A stretch of DNA of 64,000 nucleotides, from positions 109,742,001 to 109,806,000 of the forward strand of contig NW_024704743.1 in assembly GCF_018977255.1 (NCBI RefSeq), given 5' to 3'. The notes under the pieces were generated by a model. It did not search any database. It worked only from the letters and a program-made list of their open reading frames with translations, and was not told the origin of the DNA. Origin of the DNA: Callorhinchus milii. Its lineage: Eukaryota. Of this stretch, positions 52,310 through 63,270 are shown piece after piece; the stretch's first letter is position 1; each line of letters starts with the position of its first letter. Position numbers and translations under genes: made by a program.

Positions 52310-52939
52310 TCAGTGCACCATATTGGCGCACATTGCTCTTATCACAGACAGAAATGCTAAACCCTTACAGATCTATTGTGAGTTGCTATCAGCCATAACA
52401 TAAGCTGAGGGCAAAGCAACGCTGCCTCTCTACCTTATTCTTGTTGATTGATTTCAAAATAATCACTCGCGTACAAATTCCTTTGCATCCTAGTACCTCC
52501 CTACCTCTCTGACACACTGTGTGTCCGCCAACCTCTCCACATCACCATCAGTGACCATGCCTTCAGCCACTATGCCCCTAATCTCTGGAACTCCCTGACT
52601 CAATCCCTCCGCCTCACCCTACCTGTTCAACCACATCTATGGGCACCTCCCCTTTCACCTTCTGCCTTGCTCGGTATCCAATCCTTCCACAGTGAAGCAC
52701 TCCTGAGACATTATCCTAGGTGAAGGACGCTACATAAAATCAAGCTGTTGCTGTTATCCATGAGTTAGTTTGAAGTTAGCTAACTCTAGCAGTGGCAAAG
52801 CAACCACGTGGACAGTCCTAGATTATTCAGGCTCTTTTATAACAAGTTGTGTTCTTCTGGGGAGTAAGCATTTCATTACAGGAAGAATTCCATGTGTAGA
52901 TGACATACATATAAGGCAATTGAAGTCTTTAGTCTCACA

Positions 52940-53561
52940 CCGCAATTCGCCGAAACCCTCATACACGTCTTCATTAAATCGAGGCTCGACTATGCAAACT
53001 CACTGCTTGTCGGCCTCCCCAACTCCTCCCTTCACAAACTGCAGATCATCCAGAACTCTGCAGCCCATGTCCTCTCCTGCACTAAGCTCCACGATCCTAT
53101 CATCACCATCCTCGCCCAACTCTAATGGCTTCTCATCACACAGAGGATACAGTTCAAGATCCTGGTCCTCATCTTCAAAACCCTCCACGGTCTTGTTCCC
53201 TCCTACCTCTCCGACCTCCTAACCCCTTACCACCGTTTACTCCCTCCACTCAGCAGGCTCCTGCCTGCTTCATGTCCCCCGCCTTGCTCGCCACGATCGG
53301 CTGGTGGGCCTTCCACCCCTCTGCACCCACCCTCTGGAACTCTATCCCACAGTCCCTCCGTCTGCCCCCTCTCTCGCTACCTTCAAGACCCACCTCAAGA
53401 TCCTCCACTTCAACCATGCTTTCGATCTCCCTGCTTCTCCCCCTGCCCTCCACCATCTCTGACCCCGACCCTCAGCTCGGGTCCATAACTCTGTCTGTCC
53501 AGCGACTTGGGACGTCCTCCCAACGTGAAAGGCGCTATTCAAATGTAATTTTGTTGTTGTT
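52940..53561 (+). mobile_element. L2 LINE 3' fragment (second subfamily)
   Basis: Homologous to 21700-22311 (atcatccagaactctgcagc, ctctggaactc); tail gaaaggcgctattcaaatgtaattttgttgttg. Confidence 0.88.
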
Positions 53562-54080
53562 TTGTGGGTATTGTTTGGAATTATAGAAACAATAATAATC
53601 CTTGCATTTGGTGTAGGGCCTCGTCACGTCTTCGAGATGTCTGAAATGCTTCACCGAATATACTGTAAAGTGAGTTGTCAGTATAATTTGTGGGAAGAAA
53701 AAGAAACAGATTTGGGATTAGGGTAGATAGCCCCTGTGGAGTGGGTTGGTGGGGAGGGGTGGGTGGGTGGGAGTGGTGATAGCAACATACAAGGGGCCAA
53801 ATAGCCTCCTTCTTGTGCTCTAATGTTCCGTGAAATCTCCAAGGTTAAACAAAAAGTGTCATCTACACAGAGCAAAGGTGAGTTAAACTGAGGAACGACA
53901 ACGTCATTAAATCCAACCCTCATGATTCTAACACCCCAGCTCGGGTGCAAACCTTAACTGTCCAGCACCTTGGGACTAACTTCCAATGCGCTATATAAAT
54001 GTAACTGTATATAACTGTTTATATATAAATGCAAAAAAAATTGGTAAAATATAATAATTTGGTCACTCAATTTTGTTTGT

Positions 54081-54677
54081 TGGTCCAGAATTGTGGAAAA
54101 ATCTTAAATTAATTTGGGATTCAGTTTTCCACAATTCTTAAAAAGATACCGGCTTCCAATTTAACACTGGATTTAAGAATTTTCCATAAAGACTGTTTGT
54201 AGGACACTGCTGCGCACAATTGGCTGCCGCGTTTCACCCACAAATATACAGTCAACTCACTTTACAGTATATTCTGTGAAGTGCTTTTCTGTCTAGAAGA
54301 CGTGAAAAGCGATATATCAAAATGCAAGGATTATAATTTGTTGTTGTTGACAAAGAGTAGCAAGGAAACATATTTTGAGAGGAAGAAGATATTGAAGATA
54401 GTGGAAATACATTTGCTTCTGAAAGTGAATCTTCTCTTTGCTGCTATCAATTTGCCCCTAACTGGGATTGTTTTTATTGTTTAAAAAAATGTTGTTTTTA
54501 ATGAGGGTTAAGACGCACTGAAGGCCAAAATCCCACCCAGGCCTAACCTTAAGACCTTAAATCTTAAATTATGGAAAATTCTTAAATCCAGTGTTAAGTT
54601 GGAAGCCGGTATCATTTTAAGAATTGTGGAAAACCGGATCCCAAATTAATTTAAGATTTTTCCACAATTCTGGACCA
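54081..54677. repeat. 109-bp inverted repeat pair (54081-54189 and 54569-54677)
   Basis: By-eye comparison gives 4 mismatches in 109 bp. Confidence 0.92.
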
Positions 54678-56308
54678 TTTTAAAGTTATGACAAAGTAGC
54701 TTTGCAGGCTAAGACTAGGTGGAATATCAGGTCTACAACCTGAAATTCTGGAGAGCTGATTTCGAATGAAGTAACCAAGGAGGCCACATCCAAAGTATTT
54801 ACCACCACTACCCCTACCATTGCTCTCCCTCTTGCTCTCTCCCCACCACACTTTACCTGATTAAGTAACTGCGAGCATGATTTACTGTCTGCAATTCATT
54901 TCCCGCTCGGCTGCCCAGAGCATAACTGATTCTGTGAAGCCTTGAGGTCAGAAGAAACCTTGACGAATACCTGAAATCCATTTTGGGCGACTTTATAATC
55001 ATATCATGTGGCGGAGCAGCCCGAGGTGCAGAGTGCAGCGCAGACACAACTCGGGGCAGTGCTTCACTTGAACGCCTTCACATTATTCAATTTGTTTCTT
55101 CCTTCATCATCTCCAGGCTCCACTCCTCGAACGCCCAGCTTGCTGGATTCTCCATTTATTCCCTACACAAGCTATAGACCAGATAGAACTCTGCAGCTCC
55201 CTGAGCCCATCACCCCCTCACCTTCGCTTGGCTCCACTGGCTCCCGTCCCCCAGGATCGAGTTCAAGATCCTCCCCACAAAAATCTCCACTGCTTTGCCC
55301 AGCCCTACCCCGCCCGATCCCGCCTTACCTCTGTGAGCCAAGCCAACTGAAAGAATAATAAAACAGGTTTGATATTTATCAAATGCGTTGTGAAAGATAC
55401 AATACAATTTACATTTAGAATGCGTCTTTCACTTCTGTAACAACTTGACAATGCAGAGGCAGAGGGATGGGTTACGAGATGGGTGGGGACGGGGACAGAT
55501 GACCAAAAGTACGATCAAAGAGCTATGTTTTGAATGAAGGGAGGGAAGGAGGGAGGAGTAGAATTTTTTCTCCGGGATATTTCCTAAATTCACCCAACAA
55601 ATACATTCCATCACATCTGAAAGCTTGGGCCTCATTCATGGCCAATCCCCACACAATACAACTTTTCACTGCATTTCACCACGTGTCACTTTTATGAAGG
55701 GAGTTATACATTCAATTAAAAATCATTGCAATCTAATTGATTCCTTGTCTAGACGCAGCCCAAATAATTTGACTGAAAAAAGTCTTTTACTGATTTTACC
55801 GCTGGTCTTTCAACAAAATCAACTGAATCGACTTCCACTCTCGCTCACGTCACCAGGATGGTATTTGGAGCTTGGGGCTGTACCAATGTGCTGTTAATGG
55901 TTACCGCTATCCTTTGGGAAATTAAGTAATTCTTTTTCAATGTGCCAACGGGGGAATGGTAATAGTGATAAAGAATAATCCTTACGTTTGATATATAAAG
56001 TCTACCCTACAGGGAATTATTATCAAGCGTTATCAAGCATAGTGACTGTGCATTATCATTAAAAATCTCCGAGTCTGTTGTGGGTACATGTAAAAATGTC
56101 TCAAAGTGCTTCACAGTAATAAGTGTTAATTGCAATGCCAATATATTTGGAGTGAATGTGGCAGCCAATTTGCCCACAGCAATGATTAATAATTATTAAA
56201 AATAATGGAAAAACAATCAAATTTGTTAAATGGGATAATTATGAATTCCTATATGAATTATGAATTTAATTTCTTGACCATGAAATAAAATTTCCCCTCT
56301 TCACCCAC

Positions 56309-56362
56309 CTGTCTGCCCTTCTGTGCGGAGGGAAGGAAGGCTTTGGACTTCTCAGCAACTTT
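56309..56362 (-). CDS. TSNARE1: TSNARE1-like coding exon, 54 bp, phase 0-0
   Basis: ttttttatacag|AAA GTT GCT GAG AAG TCC AAA GCC TTC CTT CCC...AGA CAG|gtgggt; translates to KVAEKSKAFLPSAQKGRQ, resembling KIAEKSRALLP. Confidence 0.88.
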
Positions 56363-57179
56363 CTGTATAAAAAACGAGAAAATAATTCAGTCTCCAGCCA
56401 ATGCGAGCCACAAAGTCCTTCAGACAAGCAAACACTCTCTGAGCGGCTGAAAAGAGAGTCGATGGGAGAAATTCCACCCAGAGCTAAGGAAAAAAATGTT
56501 TTCAAATTAAGAATAATTAAATAATTTCCCCAAATTCTGCGTGATATTACATTTTAAGACATAATGGCGTTGCAGGTTAAGACAAGGTGAAATTTTGGGG
56601 ATGAGATGAAACATTACAACATCATTACGATACACATGTAGATTTATATAGTGCCTTTCAAGTTGGGAAGGCGGCCCAAGGCAATTAACAATCCTGGCTT
56701 GGTATCCGAGTATCCGAGTGGGGGGGGAGTGTGGGTGAGCTGAGGGTGGTTGGAAGAGACAGACCTTGAACGAGGTAAGGAAGGGAGCGAAAAAAGCTCA
56801 GAAAAACAAAAGGAGAAATTGTTTTTTGCAGAGGCTCATTAGAATGTGGATTGTCTGAGCAAACGGCTGGTTGAAGCAGTATTCATAATAGCCTTTTAAA
56901 GGAGAGTGCCTTTTAAATATTTGAATAAGAAAAACATTTTTGGGGGGGGTTAGCCCAGATACAGAAACCTATCACCAGGCTTAAGAGTAACCAAACCAGA
57001 TTGAGCGTTCCATGCATGCCACCTAAGCATGGAGATTTCCCTTTGGAGGAACGCACACTGCTCACTTAATCCCGATTAGATATGCCTTGATATGAGCCAA
57101 GGCTTGAGGGAACCCTTGTGTGTGCTGGGGTACTGCTGGAGTTTAACCAACTAAAGCTCCAGAGCTTGCCAAAAAAAAA

Positions 57180-57533
57180 ACTTTGCATTTGATAGAGCGC
57201 TTTCCACATTGGGAGGGTTTACTGCAAAGTCCAGTGACTGTCTAATTTGTAAGTGAATGCGGCAACTAATTTGCACACAGCAATACCCCACCAACAGCCA
57301 GGATAGTAGGAGAAACTCCCTTCTCTTTCCCAGTAGTGCCACGGGATCTTTAACATCCAGGCAGATGGGACTTTGGTTCAGCATTTCATCCGAAGGACCA
57401 CCTCTCCAACAATACAACTGTCCCTCAGCACTGCACTGGAGTGTCAGCCTAGAACTTAAATTCATGATGTGAGGCTTGAAGCCACAGCCATCAACTTCGA
57501 GTCGAGAGCGCTAACAACTGAGTCAGGCTGACA
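57180..57533 (-). mobile_element. SINE family B
   Basis: gtgccacgggatctttaacatcc...cagcactgcactggagtgtcagcctag...aactgagtcaggctgaca. Confidence 0.82.
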
Positions 57534-60384
57534 CCACCATGGCAATGAAAAGCTATGGGATAAGGCAGTGGGACTAAACAGGTAGCTCTTTCAGTGAGAT
57601 GGCACAAGCACGATGGGCCGAATAGCCCCCTCCTGCACTGCAAAACTGTAATATTTTGCTTGGTCTTCGGAATGAGCGGTCCTGAGGGACACATGGCCTT
57701 TTAATGCCTTATGTTCTTATGTTCTCAGGCACTGTAAAGTGTATTTATAGAAATTATTAAAATGTAGAACATTTATTAACCTGCACTATTCTCCGAGCGA
57801 ATCAATAAAGTTCTGTATCTTTTATTTTGATGCCAAAATGAGAGCATATTCATTTATTCGGTAAATTATTATCTTTTTGTTGAGCAAATGGACATAATAA
57901 CTTTTATTTATAATTTGTGCTCGACAAGTCACCATACTTAAGTACAGATATAAGATGAGAAATGGCAGAAGCCATGTCCATTAGTGAGTTGTTCAGATAA
58001 TTCATAGATCTTCAGCCCATCAAATAATCCATTTCCTTGTTAATTTAAGCACTGGCTTCTATCCATTTCAAGGCCTTGATCCTCAACACAATACATCTTC
58101 AAGGCATTGACAACAAAAATGTTCGTCGTGATAATTCAGTTCTGACGCAGCTGAAAATGGGGGAGGAGGCAGCAATTTGGAGTTAAAGGGGAAGGCAGTG
58201 GGATGAGAATTTCTGCTTCACCAAATGGTTACTACTAATAATCATTATCATTATCATCCTTGCATTTGATATAGCGTCTTTCAAACATTAGGAAATGACC
58301 CCACAAAGTGTTTTGCAAGATATTACTGTAAGGTGTAATGACATCATGTTTTGTAAGTAAATGTAGCAGCCAATTTGTGGACAATAACGTCCCACGAACA
58401 GAAAATGCTTGTTTTTAAACCTTTGGGATTGTTGACCATGACACTGACAGAAACTCCCTTTTCAAGCAGTGCCATGGGATCTGTAACATGGGATTTGGTT
58501 GTTTAACATCCAGGCAGATGGGACCTTGGTTCAGCAGCTCAACCGAAGGTCTGCACCTCCAACAATAGCTCTCCCCCAGCACTGCATTTCCAATAATGCA
58601 GTGTTGCCCCAGTGTGCTCAGTGTGTCAGTCTAGACCACACTTGTGACTCAGAGGTGACCATGCCAATCAACCAGCAACCGGGTTCCTACTTGCTGCTAG
58701 GTGAACAGAGGTGTGAGTATGTGTGTGGAATAAGGGAACTTGCCTAATGATTCGCACTGACCTATATAGTATGTGAACAGATGCTGTGACTCAAAGGAAG
58801 TAGTGGCGTGGGGATGCTGGTTCTCACTGTTGGAAGTGAGATAGTGGCACTGGGCTAGGAATGAAAGTCGTAACAACAGGAATGAATGGATAACACTGTT
58901 AGTGAGGGGTTAGTGAAGGCTGTTGCTGGCTCCCACACCAAAGTGACACAGAAAGAGTTAGGGTATATATAGCTCCAAGAACTTACCGGAAGAGACAGGA
59001 CAAGATCTAATAATTCTACTATATGAATTATTGAAAGGTTTTGTTAATAAGGAAAACTGTGTCACCCGAAACAAGGGAGTTTCAGGCCGCAGTCCAGATC
59101 AGTCTGCTTATCAGATATGTGAGCACATTTGATAATAATAATTCTCGCATTTGATATAGCGTCTTGTCATGTCATCAAGATGTCTCAAAGCGATTCACAG
59201 GATTCGCTGCAAAATGGATTGACTGTATATTATATGAGCGAAGCATGGCAGTTGGGCACAGTAATGTCCCACAAACAGCTATGGATTCAGGGACTCATTT
59301 TATTTGAGGGATTGTTGGCCAGGAAACAGAGAGAAATTCCCTTCTCTCTATGAGTAATGCCGTAGGATCTTTAATGTCCACCTGGACAGGAACTTGGTTA
59401 ATGTCTTAACCAGTATAACACCTTAACACGCCTTCAAGACGTCTCAAAGTGCTTCACTGAATATACTGTAAAGTCAATCGACTGTATATTTTGTGTGCAT
59501 AAAAGGTGGGTCTTAAGGTGGGTTTTGGAGGCAGGGAGGGAGGTGGCATGAAGGAGACGCCAAGATGGAGTTGCAGAAAACCGCGCCATAATAATAATCC
59601 TTATATTTGATGTAACACTATCAGGGGACGACCCAACCATTTCACAGATATACACAGCATCGCCCACAAATATACAGTCAATTCACTTTAAAGTATATTC
59701 TGTGAAGTGCTTTGAGAAGTCTAGAAGATGTGAAAAGCGTTATATCAAATGCAAGGATTATTATTTATTATTATATATTATTATATATATTATTATATAA
59801 GTGTGCAAAGTGGAGTGATTGTATCTTTTGTGCACAAATTTTGCAGCCAAGGTGCACACAGCAATGTCCCACAAACAGCCATGGAATAAATAACTGCTAT
59901 TGTTTATTGGCTGAAAGCTCCCGCCGATGGTGAAGGAGGAAGTCTATGAATCATTCATTGTTTGGACAGACTGGAACATGGATTGACAAAGGAAAAGATG
60001 CTTCACAATGAGGCACATCCGAGCCTTTAGAAAGAAAAGGTGAAGTAGTGGAATAGAGACCAACCTCCCACCAGCTCCCCAGAAAGGTTCTAATAACAAT
60101 AGAATGAGTAATTGTCCCATTAGGTGTAGTCGAGGAACAAATTAATTGCGAATGAAAGATGATAGTCGTGAACCTATTATAGGAAAGTATAGTGCATTTG
60201 ATTAAAACACATTAGTTACTATAGGTAATAAAGGAATATGAAATTATTCTGGAATGTAAAGTTCATTTTATCTCCTGACAGAAGCATCGATTTTACTCTG
60301 GGCTCATTCTGCTAAGAGCGGAACGGTGGAAAAAGAGTCAGTCAGGTTCAGTCGCTTTATTTGACGTCAGGAAGGGTGTTTGGG

Positions 60385-60619
60385 GCCAGGATGCAGGAAA
60401 AAGGAATTCTTCCCATTTGGCTCCTGCTAATCCTGCAAGCCAGAGTGTGACAAGCTGTGTTTGCAATGCTGAGTGGTTTTAACTAGTTAAACTCAAGCAG
60501 TGCATCCAACCATACACTCTGGGGTCCCTCAATCTTCTTGCTAACCTGTGCCCAATGTACTCCCTGGGACTTTAGGATTAGCAAGAGCCAAATGGGAAGA
60601 ATCCCTTTCTCCACCTGGC
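60385..60619. mobile_element. MITE-like element with ~55 bp imperfect inverted arms
   Basis: attcttcccatttggctcctgctaatcct versus aggattagcaagagccaaatgggaagaat. The core motif recurs at about 405-470, 16085-16175, 36382-36460 and 57095-57168. Confidence 0.7.
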
Positions 60620-60725
60620 TTTTCTGGATGCTTCTGATGAGCCAGGCTGTCTGGTCCGTCGCCAACAGTAATCTGGAGAAATACAGACAAAACAGCTCAG
60701 AGAGCTTCAAAAATTAAATTATTAC

Positions 60726-60800
60726 CTTTTGCACTTGTCCATAGCGTTGGACAGAGTCTGAGAGCTGGTTCTTCAGTCTATCTAATTGTAGCCATTCTCT
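60726..60800 (-). CDS. TSNARE1: TSNARE1-like coding exon (Habc, Hc helix), 75 bp, phase 0-0
   Basis: gtctccgcag|AGA GAA TGG CTA CAA TTA GAT AGA CTG AAG...CAA AAG|gtaat; translates to REWLQLDRLKNQLSDSVQRYGQVQK, with the QLDRLKxQLSD motif of TSNARE1. Confidence 0.92.
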
Positions 60801-62197
60801 CTGCGGAGACAAAAACAATCATTAATGGTCAGCCCATCAGTGTAACACAATAACAATAAAAATAATCCTTGTATTTTATTCTAACAATGAGATGTCTCAA
60901 AGCATGGTGTGGTCTAGAGTACAGACGAACATGACAGCCAAATTTACAACTGGAATCTCCCAAAAAAGCTGTTGCCAGCCTGTGCTTAATACTCTCTGGA
61001 ATAACTTAAGAAGGATGTGTCCCTCCAGGAGAGAGTGCGCATTCCAGTCCAATACACAGGAATTTCCTTGTTTAGGTAGGATGCATTCTCAGTTTGGTTT
61101 GCTTATCCAATTTTTTAAAAAATGCCCCCTCATTGACTCAGCTGTAACAAGCCACTCCTGGCAAATCATTCCAGCTCCTGACAACCCCTTGAGAGAAGAC
61201 GTTCTTCCCAATCTCTCCTTTCAATCCCTGCGGTGACAATCTCGCCTTCATCCTCTCTCATCCTCAAATCCACAACCAGTGAAAGAGTTTCAAAAACCTG
61301 GCTCTCTCCCCCCTTCCCGCTGGACATAGCTTGAGTGTATTATTGTTTATTCCATTTTATCAGATTAACTAGCTCAAGTCATTTACATTGGCTCAAAGTG
61401 AGTTGCAAATTTGTACCTCATGGTTGAAGGCTGAAATAATAATGAAACAGTAAACGCCTGATAACTTGTCTCTCTGAGGAAAAAGGGCTCAGTGACAAGT
61501 TATCCAGAACGGCAAGTTAGGCATCTGTACATAAATACTTCAATAAATGTGGATGGGATATTGAGACTTAAGCAGCAGTGCCAAGTGAAGCCAGAGTCAA
61601 GTTCTCAGAAGTTTACTGAAATAATAATCCTTACATTTGGTATGGAACCTCTCACTTTGGGAGAATGTTTCAAAACGTTTCACGGGATATACGGTAAAGT
61701 GTAGCGACTGTATTTTATGGGTGAACCTGGCAGCCAACTTGTCCACAGCCGTGATGTAATGACCAATTTGATTTGGAGGATTGTTGGCCAGGACACCAGG
61801 AGAAACTCCCTTTTCTTTTCAAATCGTGCCATGGGATCTTTAACGTCCATCTGAACAGGCAGTCGGGAGCTTGATTTAAAAATAATAAACTATGTTACAA
61901 CTGTGGAAATGTCAGTTTAGCTATGGACACCAGGGGGAAGGGGGGAATTTGCATATTAAACAGAGGTTTCAATATTAATAAATTAATAATAAAAAAAAGG
62001 ATTAGAACCGCTTAATAATTCAAGGCGCAGGGAAAGTAGCACGGAACTATTAGTTAGACTGGATAGCAGCCAGGCTGAGAAGTAATTATATTTTATATGC
62101 AAATCTTGCCGTTTTTAATTTTCTAGAAATTACGCTTTGGTTCAGGGCTCATTTGCATGACATTCAAAGCGGCCGTTAAACCTGTGGCTGCACTTAC

Positions 62198-62288
62198 CCT
62201 GGACGAACCACGTACGATTTCCAAGAGCTGTTTGATGTACTTTGTGGAGGAGCTGATTGTTTTATTGGTCTCTTGCTGTGTAGAGTGC
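62198..62288 (-). CDS. TSNARE1: TSNARE1/syntaxin-12-like coding exon (Habc region), 91 bp; first exon visible in the window
   Basis: Minus strand reads tttgacctcag|G CAC TCT ACA CAG CAA GAG ACC AAT AAA...TCC AGG|gtaagt, translating to HSTQQETNKTISSSTKYIKQLLEIVRGSSR. This resembles the HxxQQETNKTI helix of TSNARE1/STX12-type syntaxins. A long polypyrimidine tract lies upstream. Confidence 0.9.
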
Positions 62289-62299
62289 CTGAGGTCAAA

Positions 62300-62656
62300 C
62301 AGAAGAGGGACAGAGGGAGGGAGGCATGAGAGAAAGAGAGAGAGATGGGGAGGAAGGAAAAGAGGGAGAAGGGAAGGAAAAACGAGGAGCAAGAGAGACC
62401 GAGAGGGAGGACAAAGTAAGAGAGTGGGAGAACGAATGGGGGAGAGAGGGAGAGGGAGAAGAGAGAATGGAGAAAGAGAGGGATGAATGGAGAGAGGGTC
62501 AGAAGGAGAGGGAGAATGACAGATAGAGGGAGGGAGGAAAAGAGGGGGAAGAGGGAGGGATGGAGGAGGACGAACGGATGGAAAGGGAAGGACAAAGAAA
62601 GGGAGAAAGAGAGAGAGAGAAAGAGAAAGGGATACAGAGGGAGGTAGAGAGAGAAA
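62300..62656. repeat. GA-rich low-complexity tract (polypyrimidine on the gene strand, abutting the 62288 acceptor)
   Basis: About 350 bp of almost pure purines on the + strand. Confidence 0.9.
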
Positions 62657-62869
62657 ATGTGATTCTCAACAAAAAAAGTGTTTCACATCAAATAGCTAAA
62701 ATCAACAACAACAATTCATACTTGTATAGTGCCTTTCGCATTAGGAGAATATCCCAAAGTGCTTTACCAAGGCTGAGCAGGAGCTTAAAATTACTTAAAC
62801 AACCATGGAGAGAATCACAATTAAAATTAAAAATCACTGGTTAAAAATTGAAACCTTGGGAAGCTTTTT

Positions 62870-63270
62870 ATTTGAATTTATCTAAAGATTTTGACATGCT
62901 CCTTTTAAATTATGATTAATCGTGATATTTGATCGTGGTCGCTCATGGTGAAAATCAGTCCTAAATGTCTGATCAATTGCGATTAGGAAGTGACGGACCA
63001 TTAGGAACCATCAGAGAGACAACCAAGGGCTTGGGGGGAATGTGGACTACTATAAACTGATACACACACTGACCACACCCGGAGATCAGAAAGGGTTTGG
63101 TCTCACAGCGTATGGTGAGAATGTGGAATGCACTGCACCAGTGAACAAAGAATCCAGAATTGACTGGCATTTTTAAAAGAGGCTGAAACACCAGTCATGG
63201 TGAAAACGCCATGAAGAGACTTCTCAAAATCTAATCAAATGTGGAACAGGCTCTGAATGGCCTCCTTCCA
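62870..63270 (+). mobile_element. Degraded CR1 LINE 3' fragment
   Basis: tctcacagcgtatggtgagaatgtggaatgcactgc and gaatggcctccttc motifs. Confidence 0.6.

Noticed and set aside
62157..62844. Arg/Glu/Gly-rich and Leu/Ser/Pro-rich ORFs (also 43687..44055 and 47557..48065)
   Set aside because: These are translations of low-complexity GA/CT tracts.
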